Shown: piece by piece, positions 37,746 through 47,430 of the stretch
How positions within the stretch are numbered: position 1 is the stretch's first letter
Layout: each line of letters starts with the position of its first letter
Source: Hungatella sp.
GTDB lineage: Bacteria; Bacillota; Clostridia; Lachnospirales; Lachnospiraceae
Direction of reading: 5' to 3'
NCBI GenBank assembly: GCA_031270005.1
Contig: JAISYJ010000137.1
Span: forward strand, 34,087 to 98,086
Length of the DNA stretch: 64,000 nt
The notes under the pieces: generated by a model
Databases searched by the model: none
Seen by the model: the letters and a program-made list of their open reading frames with translations, nothing else
Told to the model about the DNA's origin: nothing
Translations under genes and position numbers: made by a program

Positions 37746-38756
37746 ATGGCTAAAATCGGAGTGATCGGATCGGGGAGCTGGGGAATTGCCCTTGCAGCTC
37801 TTCTATATAATAATGGACATGAGGTGACCGTCTGGTCAGCTCTTCCCGAGGAAATTTCGGAGATGAAATCGACCCACAGACATCATACCCTTCCGGATCT
37901 GGTGCTTCCAGAGGATATGGTCTTTACGGAGAATCTGGAGAAAACCATGACAGGACAGGATCTTTTGGTAACGGCAGTTCCTTCCGTATATGTCCGTTCC
38001 ACTGCAAGAAAGATGAATCCGTTTTGCAGATACGGCCAGGTGATTGTCAACGTTGCAAAAGGGATAGAAGAAGCCTCTCTTATGACCCTTTCCCAAATAT
38101 TGGAAGAAGAACTTCCCATGGCAGATGTGGCAGTCCTTTCCGGTCCCAGCCATGCGGAAGAGGTGAGCAAAAACCTTCCCACCACCTGCGTTGCAGGTGC
38201 CCGTACCAGAAAGACAGCTGAATACGTTCAGGGGATTTTCATGAGTGAGGTTTTCCGGGTTTACACAAGCCCCGACATCCAGGGAATCGAGCTTGGAGCC
38301 TCCCTTAAAAACGTCATTGCCCTTGCAGCCGGAATTGCAGATGGGCTGGGCTATGGAGATAACACAAAAGCGGCCCTTATTACAAGAGGTATCGCTGAGA
38401 TATCCAGGCTGGGAACGGAAATGGGCGGTAAATTCCAGACCTTTTGCGGCTTGTCCGGAATCGGTGATCTGATCGTGACCTGTGCAAGTATGCACAGCCG
38501 GAACAGAAGAGCCGGAATCCTGATCGGCCAGGGAAGGACCATGGAGGAAGCCACAAAGGAAGTGAAGATGGTGGTGGAAGGCATTTATTCTGCCAAAGCC
38601 GCTCTGGCCCTGTCGGAAAAATACGATGTTTCCATGCCTATTGTGGAGCAGGTAAATGCAGTTTTATTTGATAATAAACCAGCCTCAGAGGCTGTCAAGG
38701 AACTGATGCTTCGGGATAAGACCATTGAAAGTTCTGATCTGCCCTGGGATAAATAA
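37746..38756 (+). CDS. gpsA: NAD(P)H-dependent glycerol-3-phosphate dehydrogenase
   Basis: GSGSWG, AKGIE, SGPSHA, LKNVIA, GIGDLIVTC, SRNRR, VEG. Confidence 0.97.
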   Translation: MAKIGVIGSGSWGIALAALLYNNGHEVTVWSALPEEISEMKSTHRHHTLPDLVLPEDMVFTENLEKTMTGQDLLVTAVPSVYVRSTARKMNPFCRYGQVIVNVAKGIEEASLMTLSQILEEELPMADVAVLSGPSHAEEVSKNLPTTCVAGARTRKTAEYVQGIFMSEVFRVYTSPDIQGIELGASLKNVIALAAGIADGLGYGDNTKAALITRGIAEISRLGTEMGGKFQTFCGLSGIGDLIVTCASMHSRNRRAGILIGQGRTMEEATKEVKMVVEGIYSAKAALALSEKYDVSMPIVEQVNAVLFDNKPASEAVKELMLRDKTIESSDLPWDK

Positions 38757-38825
38757 TGCCCTCCCTTTAAGGATCGGCTGGAAAAAAGAAACATGTCGAT
38801 TTTTTTATAATTAACCTAAAATCAG

Positions 38826-38854
38826 TTGACATTTTTTAAAAGCCATTTTATTAT
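38826..38854 (+). promoter_or_regulatory. sigmaA promoter of the liv operon
   Basis: TTGACA (38826-31), 17 bp, TATTAT (38849-54). Confidence 0.7.
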
Positions 38855-38938
38855 AAAGACTATGTATACGTAAGCGGCGCTTGATCCCTATGCCCAAATT
38901 ACTGTATATATAGAACGTTTTATGAGGAGGAACGGATT

Positions 38939-40162
38939 ATGAAAAAATCTATGAAGAAGTTACTGAGCCTTACCATGGCAGTCGCTTTGGCAGCGTCTTT
39001 AACTGCATGCGGGGGCGGCAAAACTTCAGAAACCACCACTGCCGCAGAGTCAAACGCGGCATCAGGAGAGACTACAGAAGCAGCAAAGGCCTCTGGAGAA
39101 GGCTCCTTTAAAATCGGAGGTATCGGACCGATTACCGGCGGAGCAGCCATCTATGGACAGGCTGTTATGCGCGGTGCAGAACTGGCCATTGACGAGATCA
39201 ACGCAGGCGGCGGAATAGGCGGCGCTCAGATCGAGTACAACTTCCAGGATGATGAACACGATACGGAAAAGGCAGTTAATGCTTACAATACCTTAAAGGA
39301 CTGGGGTATGCAGATGTTAGTCGGCACCGTTACCTCCGCTCCCTGTATTGCAGTAGGTGCGGAGTCCAGTAACGACAACATGTTCCAGCTCACTCCTTCC
39401 GGTTCTGCAGTGGACTGTGCAAAATTCGACAACCAGTTCCGTGTATGCTTCTCTGATCCAAACCAGGGAGCAGCTTCCGCACAGTACATCGGCGAGAACA
39501 AGCTGGCTACCAAGGTTGCCGTTATTTATGACAGCTCCGATGTTTATTCATCCGGTATCCATGATAAATTCCTTTCCGAAGCAGCTAATCAGGGAATTGA
39601 AATTGTGTCTGATGAGGCATTTACCGCAGATAACAATACCAACTTCTCCGTACAGCTTCAGAAGGCTCAGGATTCAGGCGCTGAGCTTGTATTCCTTCCA
39701 ATTTACTATTCCCAGGCTGCCCTGATCCTTGCTCAGGCAAAGCAGATGGGATATGAGCCTCAGTTTTTTGGCTGTGACGGACTTGACGGAATTTTGACCG
39801 TAGAAAACTTTGACACTGCACTGGCTGAAAATGTAATGCTTCTGACACCGTTTGCCGCTGATGCACAGGATGAGCTGACACAGAAGTTTGTTGCAACATT
39901 CAAAGAGAAATATGGTGAGATACCGAACCAGTTTGCTGCCGACGGTTATGATGCGGTTTACGCCATCAAAGCTGCTGCTGAAAAGGCAGGGATCACAGCA
40001 GACATGGATGCTTCAGCAATCTGTGACGCTTTAAAGATATCTATGACAGAAATTTCCATGAACGGCTTAACAGGCGAGAACATGAAGTGGTCTAAAGATG
40101 GAGAACCGGATAAGGCTCCTAAGGCTGTTAAGATCGTAAACGGTGTTTACACTGCAATGTAA
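38939..40162 (+). CDS. Branched-chain amino acid ABC transporter substrate-binding lipoprotein (LivJ/K-like)
   Basis: Lipobox LTAC; KIGGIGPITG, FRVCFSD, GCDG, GYDAV motifs. Confidence 0.92.
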   Translation: MKKSMKKLLSLTMAVALAASLTACGGGKTSETTTAAESNAASGETTEAAKASGEGSFKIGGIGPITGGAAIYGQAVMRGAELAIDEINAGGGIGGAQIEYNFQDDEHDTEKAVNAYNTLKDWGMQMLVGTVTSAPCIAVGAESSNDNMFQLTPSGSAVDCAKFDNQFRVCFSDPNQGAASAQYIGENKLATKVAVIYDSSDVYSSGIHDKFLSEAANQGIEIVSDEAFTADNNTNFSVQLQKAQDSGAELVFLPIYYSQAALILAQAKQMGYEPQFFGCDGLDGILTVENFDTALAENVMLLTPFAADAQDELTQKFVATFKEKYGEIPNQFAADGYDAVYAIKAAAEKAGITADMDASAICDALKISMTEISMNGLTGENMKWSKDGEPDKAPKAVKIVNGVYTAM

Positions 40163-40198
40163 TTACTGAATTTCATTCATTTGGTAAATGACCCAATG

Positions 40199-40230
40199 GA
40201 GGGTCGTCCAGAGGACGACCCTCTTCTTTT
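40199..40230 (+). terminator. Strong hairpin between the SBP and permease genes (partial terminator or mRNA stabiliser)
   Basis: Perfect 11-bp GAGGGTCGTCC-AGA-GGACGACCCTC followed by TTCTTTT. Confidence 0.7.
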
Positions 40231-40259
40231 AAAATAAACAACGAATGAGGTGCGATGAT

Positions 40260-41144
40260 ATGATGAGTTTCATATCCTATTTTATTAATGGTCTAAGCCT
40301 GGGCAGCGTTTATGCGATCATTGCCCTGGGGTATACCATGGTATATGGCATTGCCAAGATGCTTAACTTTGCTCATGGCGATGTAATTATGATCGGAGGA
40401 TACGTGGTGTTCACAGTTGTCAGCACAATGGGCCTTGGCCCGGTTGCCGGCATACTCCTTGCAGTGATCTTATGCACAGTACTTGGCGTCGTCATTGAGG
40501 GTGTTGCTTACCGTCCTCTGCGCATGGCAAGTCCTCTTGCAGTTCTGATCACGGCAATCGGTGTGAGCTACCTGCTCCAAAACATCGCACTGCTCGTTTT
40601 TGGTTCCAATCCAAAATCCTTTACTTCTGTCGTGACAGTTCCGGCACTTAAGCTTTCTCAGGGAAAGCTCACCATTTCCGGTGAGACCATTGTCACAATT
40701 ATCAGCTGTGTTATCATTATGATCGGTCTGACTGCATTCATCAAAAGGACAAGAGCAGGACAGGCCATGCTTGCTGTATCGGAAGATAAGGGTGCTGCAC
40801 AGCTCATGGGAATCAATGTGGATGGAACCATTGCCCTTACGTTTGCAATTGGCTCCTCTTTGGCGGCTGTGGCAGGTGCGCTTCTTTGTTCTGCTTATCC
40901 CACTCTTACTCCCTATACCGGCTCCATGCCAGGAATTAAGGCATTCGTAGCTGCCGTATTTGGCGGGATCGGGTCTATTCCCGGAGCGTTTATCGGCGGA
41001 CTTTTACTGGGCGTCATTGAAAACTTAAGCAAGGCTTATATTTCTTCCCAGCTTTCCGATGCCATCGTATTTGCAGTTCTTATTGTTGTTCTTCTTGTAA
41101 AGCCTACTGGAATCCTGGGTAAGAAGATCAACGAGAAAGTATAG
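40260..41144 (+). CDS. livH: Branched-chain amino acid ABC permease
   Basis: NGLSLGSVYAIIALGYTMVYG, NFAHG, KAFVAAVFGGIG, KPTGILG. Confidence 0.93.
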   Translation: MMSFISYFINGLSLGSVYAIIALGYTMVYGIAKMLNFAHGDVIMIGGYVVFTVVSTMGLGPVAGILLAVILCTVLGVVIEGVAYRPLRMASPLAVLITAIGVSYLLQNIALLVFGSNPKSFTSVVTVPALKLSQGKLTISGETIVTIISCVIIMIGLTAFIKRTRAGQAMLAVSEDKGAAQLMGINVDGTIALTFAIGSSLAAVAGALLCSAYPTLTPYTGSMPGIKAFVAAVFGGIGSIPGAFIGGLLLGVIENLSKAYISSQLSDAIVFAVLIVVLLVKPTGILGKKINEKV

Positions 41145-41153
41145 GTGGATGAT

Positions 41154-42230
41154 ATGGAAAAAAGTGTGAAGATGAAATTTCGTCTGAGTAAGACCTTAAG
41201 AAGCAATCTGATAACTTACGGCATTGTGATCGCTGCATTTATAATTGTACAGCTTTTGGTGAATGCCGGCCAGGTAAGCAGCCTGATGAAAGGCCTTTTG
41301 GTGCCTCTCTGCATATATACCATCATGGCAATATCCTTAAACTTGACCGTAGGCATCCTTGGAGAACTGAGTCTGGGACATGCAGGCTTCATGTGTGTGG
41401 GCGCATTTTCCAGTTCCCTGTTTTCCATTGCAATGCTGGAAGTCATTCCAAACACAGGAATCCGTTTCTTTTTTGCCATTTTGATCGGAGCAGCTGTGGC
41501 TGCACTGGCAGGTATTGTGGTCGGAATTCCGGTTTTAAGGCTTCGCGGCGATTATTTAGCCATTGTAACCCTGGCATTTGGGGAAATTATAAAAAACGTG
41601 GTAAACGTGATTTATATTGGAAAAGATGGGGCAGGACTTCATTTTTCCATGAAAAATGCAATGGCTCTTAATATGGCAAAAGATGGTAAGGTAATCTTAA
41701 ACGGTGCTCAGGGAATTACCGGAACGCCTAAAAACTCTACCTTTATCGTTGGTGTGATCCTTATTCTGATCACCCTTGTGATTGTTCTTAATTTGATTCA
41801 TTCCAGATCGGGACGTGCTATCATGTCTGTGCGCGATAACCGCATTGCGGCAGAATCCATTGGCATCAATATCACGAAATACAAACTAATGGCTTTTACC
41901 ATTTCCGCTTCTCTGGCAGGCGTGGCCGGTGTCCTGTATTCCCATAACCTATCTGCTCTTACTGCAACGCAGAAGAACTTTGGTTATAACCAGTCCATCA
42001 TGATCCTTGTATTCGTAGTTCTCGGCGGGATCGGAAATATCCGCGGTTCCATGATCTCTGCGGTCATCCTGACTTTGCTTCCGGAGCTTTTGAGAGGTTT
42101 AAATACTTACCGGATGCTGATTTACGCCATTATCCTGATCGTTATGATGATCTTTAACTGGAGTCCGAAGCTGATCGATTTCAGGAAGCGGTATTTCCAT
42201 AAGAACAGGGCAGAAAAGGAGAGGGTATAA
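41154..42230 (+). CDS. livM: Branched-chain amino acid ABC permease
   Basis: SLGHAGF, LRLRGDYLAIVTLAFGE, VVLGGIG, LPELLR. Confidence 0.93.
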   Translation: MEKSVKMKFRLSKTLRSNLITYGIVIAAFIIVQLLVNAGQVSSLMKGLLVPLCIYTIMAISLNLTVGILGELSLGHAGFMCVGAFSSSLFSIAMLEVIPNTGIRFFFAILIGAAVAALAGIVVGIPVLRLRGDYLAIVTLAFGEIIKNVVNVIYIGKDGAGLHFSMKNAMALNMAKDGKVILNGAQGITGTPKNSTFIVGVILILITLVIVLNLIHSRSGRAIMSVRDNRIAAESIGINITKYKLMAFTISASLAGVAGVLYSHNLSALTATQKNFGYNQSIMILVFVVLGGIGNIRGSMISAVILTLLPELLRGLNTYRMLIYAIILIVMMIFNWSPKLIDFRKRYFHKNRAEKERV

Positions 42231-42232
42231 CC

Positions 42233-42991
42233 ATGGCTTTACTGGAAATCAAGAATCTTGGAATTTCATTTGGCGGCCTGCGTGCCGTAGATAATTTCAG
42301 CATCACCATTGAAAAAGGGCAGCTTTATGGCCTCATTGGCCCTAACGGAGCCGGTAAAACCACAATCTTTAACCTTTTAACCGGTGTATATAAACCGAAT
42401 GCAGGCACCATCTTTTTAGGTGATGAGAATATTACAGGAAAAAAAACAGTGGATATCAACAGGGCAGGAATTGCAAGGACCTTTCAGAATATCCGTCTGT
42501 TTAAGGAATTGACCGTTCTTGATAACGTTAAGACCGGCCTTCACAACAGTTATCCCTATGGCACGGTCACAGGGATCCTCCGCCTTCCAAAGTACTTTAA
42601 AGTGGAAAAAGAGATGGATGAGCGGGCCATAGAACTTTTAAAGGTATTTGGTCTTGATGGAGAAAAGGATATCCTTGCTTCCAACCTTCCGTACGGAAAG
42701 CAGAGGAAGCTGGAGATCGCCCGCGCCCTTGCAACAGGCCCCAAGCTTTTGCTTCTTGACGAGCCGGCAGCCGGCATGAATCCCAACGAAACCTCAGAGC
42801 TTATGGACACCATTCGCTTTGTACGGGACAATTTTGATATGACCATCCTGTTGATTGAACACGATATGAAGCTTGTCTCCGGCATTTGTGAAAGGCTGAC
42901 CGTATTAAATTTCGGCCAGGTCCTCACCCAGGGAAAAACGGCGGATGTGCTCAATGATCCGGAAGTCATCAAGGCATATCTGGGAGAATAA
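42233..42991 (+). CDS. livG: Branched-chain amino acid ABC ATPase
   Basis: GPNGAGKTT, GIARTFQNIRLF, LPYGKQR, LLDEPAAG, IEHDM. Confidence 0.95.
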   Translation: MALLEIKNLGISFGGLRAVDNFSITIEKGQLYGLIGPNGAGKTTIFNLLTGVYKPNAGTIFLGDENITGKKTVDINRAGIARTFQNIRLFKELTVLDNVKTGLHNSYPYGTVTGILRLPKYFKVEKEMDERAIELLKVFGLDGEKDILASNLPYGKQRKLEIARALATGPKLLLLDEPAAGMNPNETSELMDTIRFVRDNFDMTILLIEHDMKLVSGICERLTVLNFGQVLTQGKTADVLNDPEVIKAYLGE

Positions 42992-43004
42992 GGAGGCTTA
43001 ATGC

Positions 43005-43715
43005 ATGGCAATACTTGAAGTAAACAACTTAGAAGTATATTATGGCGTCATCAAGGCGCTTAAGGATATTTCCTTTGAAGTAAAGGAAGGGGAGATCGTA
43101 GCCTTAATCGGCGCTAACGGCGCAGGAAAGACTACGACTCTTCATACCATAACAGGTCTTATAAAGGCAGCCTCCGGCAGAATACAGTTTGACGGCCACG
43201 ATATTACAAAAATACGGGGCGACAAAATTGTAGGCATGGGAATGGCTCATGTTCCGGAAGGACGGCGTGTTTTTGCCGCCCTGACCGTTTATGAAAATTT
43301 AAAGCTTGGCGCTTACACAAGGCGGGATAAAGACGAGATAGAGGAAACCTTACAAATGATCTACAAGCGTTTCCCCAGACTTTTGGAGAGAAAGAACCAG
43401 CCTGCAGGAACCTTAAGCGGAGGTGAGCAGCAGATGCTGGCCATGGGCCGGGCACTGATGAGCCATCCAAAGGTGATCGTCCTGGATGAGCCGTCAATGG
43501 GGCTTTCTCCGATTTATGTGAATGAGATTTTCGATATTATACAGGAAATCAACAAATCAGGAACCACGGTTTTATTGGTGGAGCAGAACGCCAAAAAGGC
43601 TTTATCCATTGCAAACCGCGCTTATGTTCTGGAAACGGGCGCCATTGTTTTAAGCGGCGATGCCAAAGAATTAATGAACAATGACTCCGTAAAGAAAGCA
43701 TATCTAAGCGAATAA
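43005..43715 (+). CDS. livF: Branched-chain amino acid ABC ATPase
   Basis: GANGAGKTT, VPEGRRVF, LSGGEQQM, DEPSMGL, VEQNA. Confidence 0.95.
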   Translation: MAILEVNNLEVYYGVIKALKDISFEVKEGEIVALIGANGAGKTTTLHTITGLIKAASGRIQFDGHDITKIRGDKIVGMGMAHVPEGRRVFAALTVYENLKLGAYTRRDKDEIEETLQMIYKRFPRLLERKNQPAGTLSGGEQQMLAMGRALMSHPKVIVLDEPSMGLSPIYVNEIFDIIQEINKSGTTVLLVEQNAKKALSIANRAYVLETGAIVLSGDAKELMNNDSVKKAYLSE

Positions 43716-43742
43716 TCATACAGTATTTTTGTGCCGGATTTT

Positions 43743-43800
43743 AAATCCCCTCAATTTCACGTATAAAGCATACGGCAAGTTGAGGGGATTTTTTTCTTTT
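43743..43800. terminator. Bidirectional terminator between convergent livF and the sensor kinase
   Basis: AAATCCCCTCAA...TTGAGGGGATTT with an inner CGTAT/ATACG stem, followed by a T-run. Confidence 0.7.
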
Positions 43801-45563
43801 TATTTATTTTGACTTTCATAATCCGGTATGGTATCCCGTTTATTATTGGGAAAGATGATCGTTACCACTGTCCCTGCGTCAGGTTCACTTACATAAAGCA
43901 ATCCATATTCCTTGCCATACTGCATCTGGATTCTTTCCTTAATATTTTTAATGCCAATCTGATTGAATTTGTTGCTTTTAACCTTAGAGGAATTGATTTC
44001 TTCCAGGACAGAGTCTTCCATGCCGGCTCCGTTGTCTGTGATTTTCACATATAATTTATCCCTTTCCTCATAGCTTTCGATCCGTATTCTATAGTTCTTA
44101 TCCATATCATCAAAACCATGTATAATAGAGTTTTCAATCAGAGGCTGGATGCAAAATGGAATGATAATACATTCCAGCGTGTCTTCGGCAATCTGGTATT
44201 CTACTTCAAAGTAGTTTCCATAACGGTATTTCTGTATGCCGATATAGCGTCGGATGCTTTCGATTTCATCCTTTAGCAGGGCAGAGGTTGTATCCTGCTT
44301 TAAATTGTATTTTAAAAGGTTGGTAAGGTCGCTGGTCATTTCAGCCACATTTGTGATATTCTGCATGGTGGCCAGCCATCGAATGGAATCCAGGGTATTA
44401 TATAAAAAGTGGGGGTTGATCTGGGACTGTAGGATTTTAAATTCAAGGGATGATTTGCGTTTCTGCTCCTGAAGTTCATTAATAAAATAACTGTTCAGCT
44501 TGTCCAGCATCATATTAAAAGTGACCCCCAGATTTCCCACCTCATCCCTTGAATCCATTTGCACACGGAGAGAAAAATCACCGCCCTTTATCTTATTGCA
44601 GGCATCACTGAGGACCTTGATCGGGCGGGTGATCTTGCCTGTGAGCCAAAGGCCGTAAATAAGACTGGTAATACAGGAAATGATTATGATGATAACGGCA
44701 TAATAGGTTATTTTTTTCGTATTGCTGATCAAATGCTGGGTCTGAATGATGCGTATAATACTCCAGTCCGCAATCTTGATGGGATTGGATACAATGGTAC
44801 TGTCCAGATTAAAGACCTTTCCCTCCAGACTATAGCTGGTCGAGGTATCCAACAGCTGAGGATACTGTTTGAGAACCGGTTCGTAGGAAGTGTAATAGGG
44901 GAAATTAAACAGGATCTCGCCGTCGGAATTGATGACAAGCGTCTTTTCATCGGATAAAATGGTGCTGAGCATGAACATTTCCTGTATGTAATTGTAATTT
45001 AAATCCATGATCAGGAGCCCAAGAAATTGTTGTTCCCGGTTCATGAGGGGCCTGATAAAGGAGATGACCTTTTTATCGGCAGAATCCCTGGCAGGATTCT
45101 GAAAATGCGTGGTGAACCATTGTCCTTCCGCGCTGATAACCTGCTTTTTTTCCATATAATCTCCATAATACGCTGACAGCAAAGCTGATTCTGTTCCGGA
45201 GTCTGTACTTAATATGGCTGCATCGGGTCTCATCAGGGAGATATGAGAAATAAAAGGCTGCATCTCCAGAATGTTATTTAAGTTTTCACTTATTTTGCCG
45301 GCTGATTGGGGATTCTGGCCGGATAAGTATTCCTGGATTTCTTCATTTTCATACAGGTAGGTGGAGGTGGCCTGGATCAGATTGATGATTAAATCAAATT
45401 GTGAACGGATTTTGTTGCTTGCAAGCAGGTTGTTCTGTATCTCGTTTTTTTTCAGTTCCCTATAAAAAGTATAATTGACAAAGGTCAAAGATAAAACTAG
45501 GAAAAATGTAGAGAGAACGAATACTCCTATAAAAATTTTTGTTGAAATTTTCTTGATATGCAT
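43800..45563 (-). CDS. YesM/LytS-type sensor histidine kinase
   Basis: The reverse complement gives MHIKKISTKIF... Two TMs, an extracellular Cache-like region, HAMP, LQSQINPHFLYNTL, QPLIENSIIHG, DNGAG, IGIKNI. RBS GGAGG on minus at 45570-74. The track's '+' label is wrong. Confidence 0.92.
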   Translation of the reverse strand: MHIKKISTKIFIGVFVLSTFFLVLSLTFVNYTFYRELKKNEIQNNLLASNKIRSQFDLIINLIQATSTYLYENEEIQEYLSGQNPQSAGKISENLNNILEMQPFISHISLMRPDAAILSTDSGTESALLSAYYGDYMEKKQVISAEGQWFTTHFQNPARDSADKKVISFIRPLMNREQQFLGLLIMDLNYNYIQEMFMLSTILSDEKTLVINSDGEILFNFPYYTSYEPVLKQYPQLLDTSTSYSLEGKVFNLDSTIVSNPIKIADWSIIRIIQTQHLISNTKKITYYAVIIIIISCITSLIYGLWLTGKITRPIKVLSDACNKIKGGDFSLRVQMDSRDEVGNLGVTFNMMLDKLNSYFINELQEQKRKSSLEFKILQSQINPHFLYNTLDSIRWLATMQNITNVAEMTSDLTNLLKYNLKQDTTSALLKDEIESIRRYIGIQKYRYGNYFEVEYQIAEDTLECIIIPFCIQPLIENSIIHGFDDMDKNYRIRIESYEERDKLYVKITDNGAGMEDSVLEEINSSKVKSNKFNQIGIKNIKERIQMQYGKEYGLLYVSEPDAGTVVTIIFPNNKRDTIPDYESQNK

Positions 45564-45582
45564 CACATACCTCCGGATTTTA

Positions 45583-45617
45583 TGGTATACTAGTCACTAA
45601 ATCAACTTATTGTACCA
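45583..45617. promoter_or_regulatory. Face-to-face extended -10 promoters for the regulator and kinase genes
   Basis: Plus: TGG-TATACT (45583-91). Minus: TGG-TACAAT (45609-17). Confidence 0.5.
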
Positions 45618-45651
45618 TGTTTGTTTATCTTTAGGGAAGCGGGAAAATAAT

Positions 45652-47199
45652 ATGAAACGGGTATTGATTGTGGATGATGAATTTTTGGTCCGTATGGGAC
45701 TTAAGATGACCCTGGACTGGAAATCCTACGGGTATGAGATCGCGGCAGAGGCCAGCAGTGCAGAAGAAGCTCTGGAGATCATGGAGCGTGAACCGATTGA
45801 CATTCTGATGACTGATATCAAAATGCAGGGGATGAACGGTCTGGATTTAATTGAGAGGGCAAAAACAAAATATTCGGACATCCAGTCCGTTATATTTACG
45901 AATCATGATGATTTTAATTTTGCACGGCGGGCCATGGAAATGGGGGCGGAAAAGTATATTTTAAAGTCAGAGATTTCACCGGACAGCCTGTTGTCATCTC
46001 TGGTCAATTTATCAGGCGAATCGGAAGCATCATACCGCAAGGGACATTCTGTAAAGAAGATGGAAGAAAAATATTTGGATGAGCAGCTGCTAAAGCTGAA
46101 TCTCTCCGGTGTACAGGAGACTGTTTCTGATTATCCATATTCAGACCGTATGTTTTGTGAAGCATCTTATATGATTATGATAGGCCACTGCAGCATTAAT
46201 TCCCTGCCGGACGGGTCAGTCAGCATGCTGATTGAAACGGTCATGAATCTGGTTTCCAAATTTTTTTGCCACAGCATTGCCAGGTATGTGATTTTAAAGG
46301 ATCTTCTTTGTTTTGGGGTCATATATCATGATGAACGGAATGAATATCCAAAAGAGCTGATGGAGGACAGGGGAGCATCGATTATTAAGAATACGGTTCA
46401 GTATTTTAATGCGGACATCAACCTTGGAATCAGCAGAGCCGGAACAAAAGAACGTTTCCCTCAGATGTTTCAGGAGGCGGAAAGCGCACGGCTGAAGGGC
46501 TTTTTTCATAACGGCAGTGTTTGGACATACGATGAGCCGTTGAATCCGTCCAGAGGAGAGTATATACGGGTCAGTGCCAGGAAAGTAAAAGAGCTGATGG
46601 AAAAGGAGGACAAGGATCCGTTGGCCGAGTATATGAATTCCATTTTCCGTAAGCTGAAAGAAGGCGGGGATTACCGAATGGTAACTGAGGTATTTATTGA
46701 CCTGCTCTCAATCTCCAAATCCCTGATCGAAAATTACGATACCAGGGATATTCCCGGACTGAACCCGGTAAAGTTTGAGTATCACAATCTTTATGCAATC
46801 TCCCATATGAATCATGTTCAGATGTATGTGATGGATGTGTACATGGCAATCTGGGACTTTTTACATAACAGGAAGAGCCCTTACAGCGGGCTGATCAGGG
46901 AGTGCATTGGTTTTATTGAAGAGAACTATTCTCAGAATATTACTTTGGACAATGCGGCGGCAGCGGTGAATATCAGCAGCAGCTACTTGTCGTTTATTTT
47001 TAAGCAGGAAACCGGAATCAATTTCAGCGTGTATCTGACAAATTACCGGATTGAAATGTCAAAAAGGCTGATTCTTAAATCCAATCTGAAAATATATGAA
47101 ATTGCAGAGCAGGTTGGCTTTGGAAGCCCCTATTATTTCAGCAAAGTGTTTAAAGAGATCGTAGGGATGACTTGCAAAGAGTTTAAGAACCGTGTATAG
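45652..47199 (+). CDS. YesN-type response regulator (REC + AraC HTH)
   Basis: LIVDDE, MTDIKM, YILK receiver motifs; C-terminal YLSFIFKQETG...VGFGSPYYFSKVFK. Confidence 0.93.
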   Translation: MKRVLIVDDEFLVRMGLKMTLDWKSYGYEIAAEASSAEEALEIMEREPIDILMTDIKMQGMNGLDLIERAKTKYSDIQSVIFTNHDDFNFARRAMEMGAEKYILKSEISPDSLLSSLVNLSGESEASYRKGHSVKKMEEKYLDEQLLKLNLSGVQETVSDYPYSDRMFCEASYMIMIGHCSINSLPDGSVSMLIETVMNLVSKFFCHSIARYVILKDLLCFGVIYHDERNEYPKELMEDRGASIIKNTVQYFNADINLGISRAGTKERFPQMFQEAESARLKGFFHNGSVWTYDEPLNPSRGEYIRVSARKVKELMEKEDKDPLAEYMNSIFRKLKEGGDYRMVTEVFIDLLSISKSLIENYDTRDIPGLNPVKFEYHNLYAISHMNHVQMYVMDVYMAIWDFLHNRKSPYSGLIRECIGFIEENYSQNITLDNAAAAVNISSSYLSFIFKQETGINFSVYLTNYRIEMSKRLILKSNLKIYEIAEQVGFGSPYYFSKVFKEIVGMTCKEFKNRV

Positions 47200-47202
47200 A
47201 AT

Positions 47203-47239
47203 GGGAAGGACGCCGTTTTAAGAACAGGCGCCCTTTTTT
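47203..47239 (+). terminator. Intrinsic terminator after the response regulator
   Basis: AAGGACGCC...GGCGCCCTT followed by TTTT. Confidence 0.6.
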
Positions 47240-47430
47240 GTGTGTTCCGGTGATAATAACATTTTTTATATTTTCGTAAGATTCTTCTAAAAAAAATCAT
47301 AACCGCCCTCGTCAGAAAGATTGTTAATTAAACCACAAAATAAATTGTCAATTATAGTATAATTATTCATTTCATTAAAAACCATATTCGTGTAATATTT
47401 ACATATAAAAAAAGAGGAGGTTTGACAAAC

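Noticed and set aside
36089-38495. Long antisense ORFs (36089..36613, 37836..38495, 56074..56661, 59453..59932, 63245..63709 and others)
   Set aside because: They lie entirely opposite well-conserved genes, have no recognisable motifs or RBS, and are expected shadow ORFs.
38810-38840. CodY box at the liv promoter
   Set aside because: The best match to AATTTTCWGAAAATT has too many mismatches to support a call.
47392-47404. TGTAATATTTACA as a cre (CcpA) site
   Set aside because: Near-palindromic but missing the central CG of the cre consensus, in AT-rich DNA where chance matches are likely.
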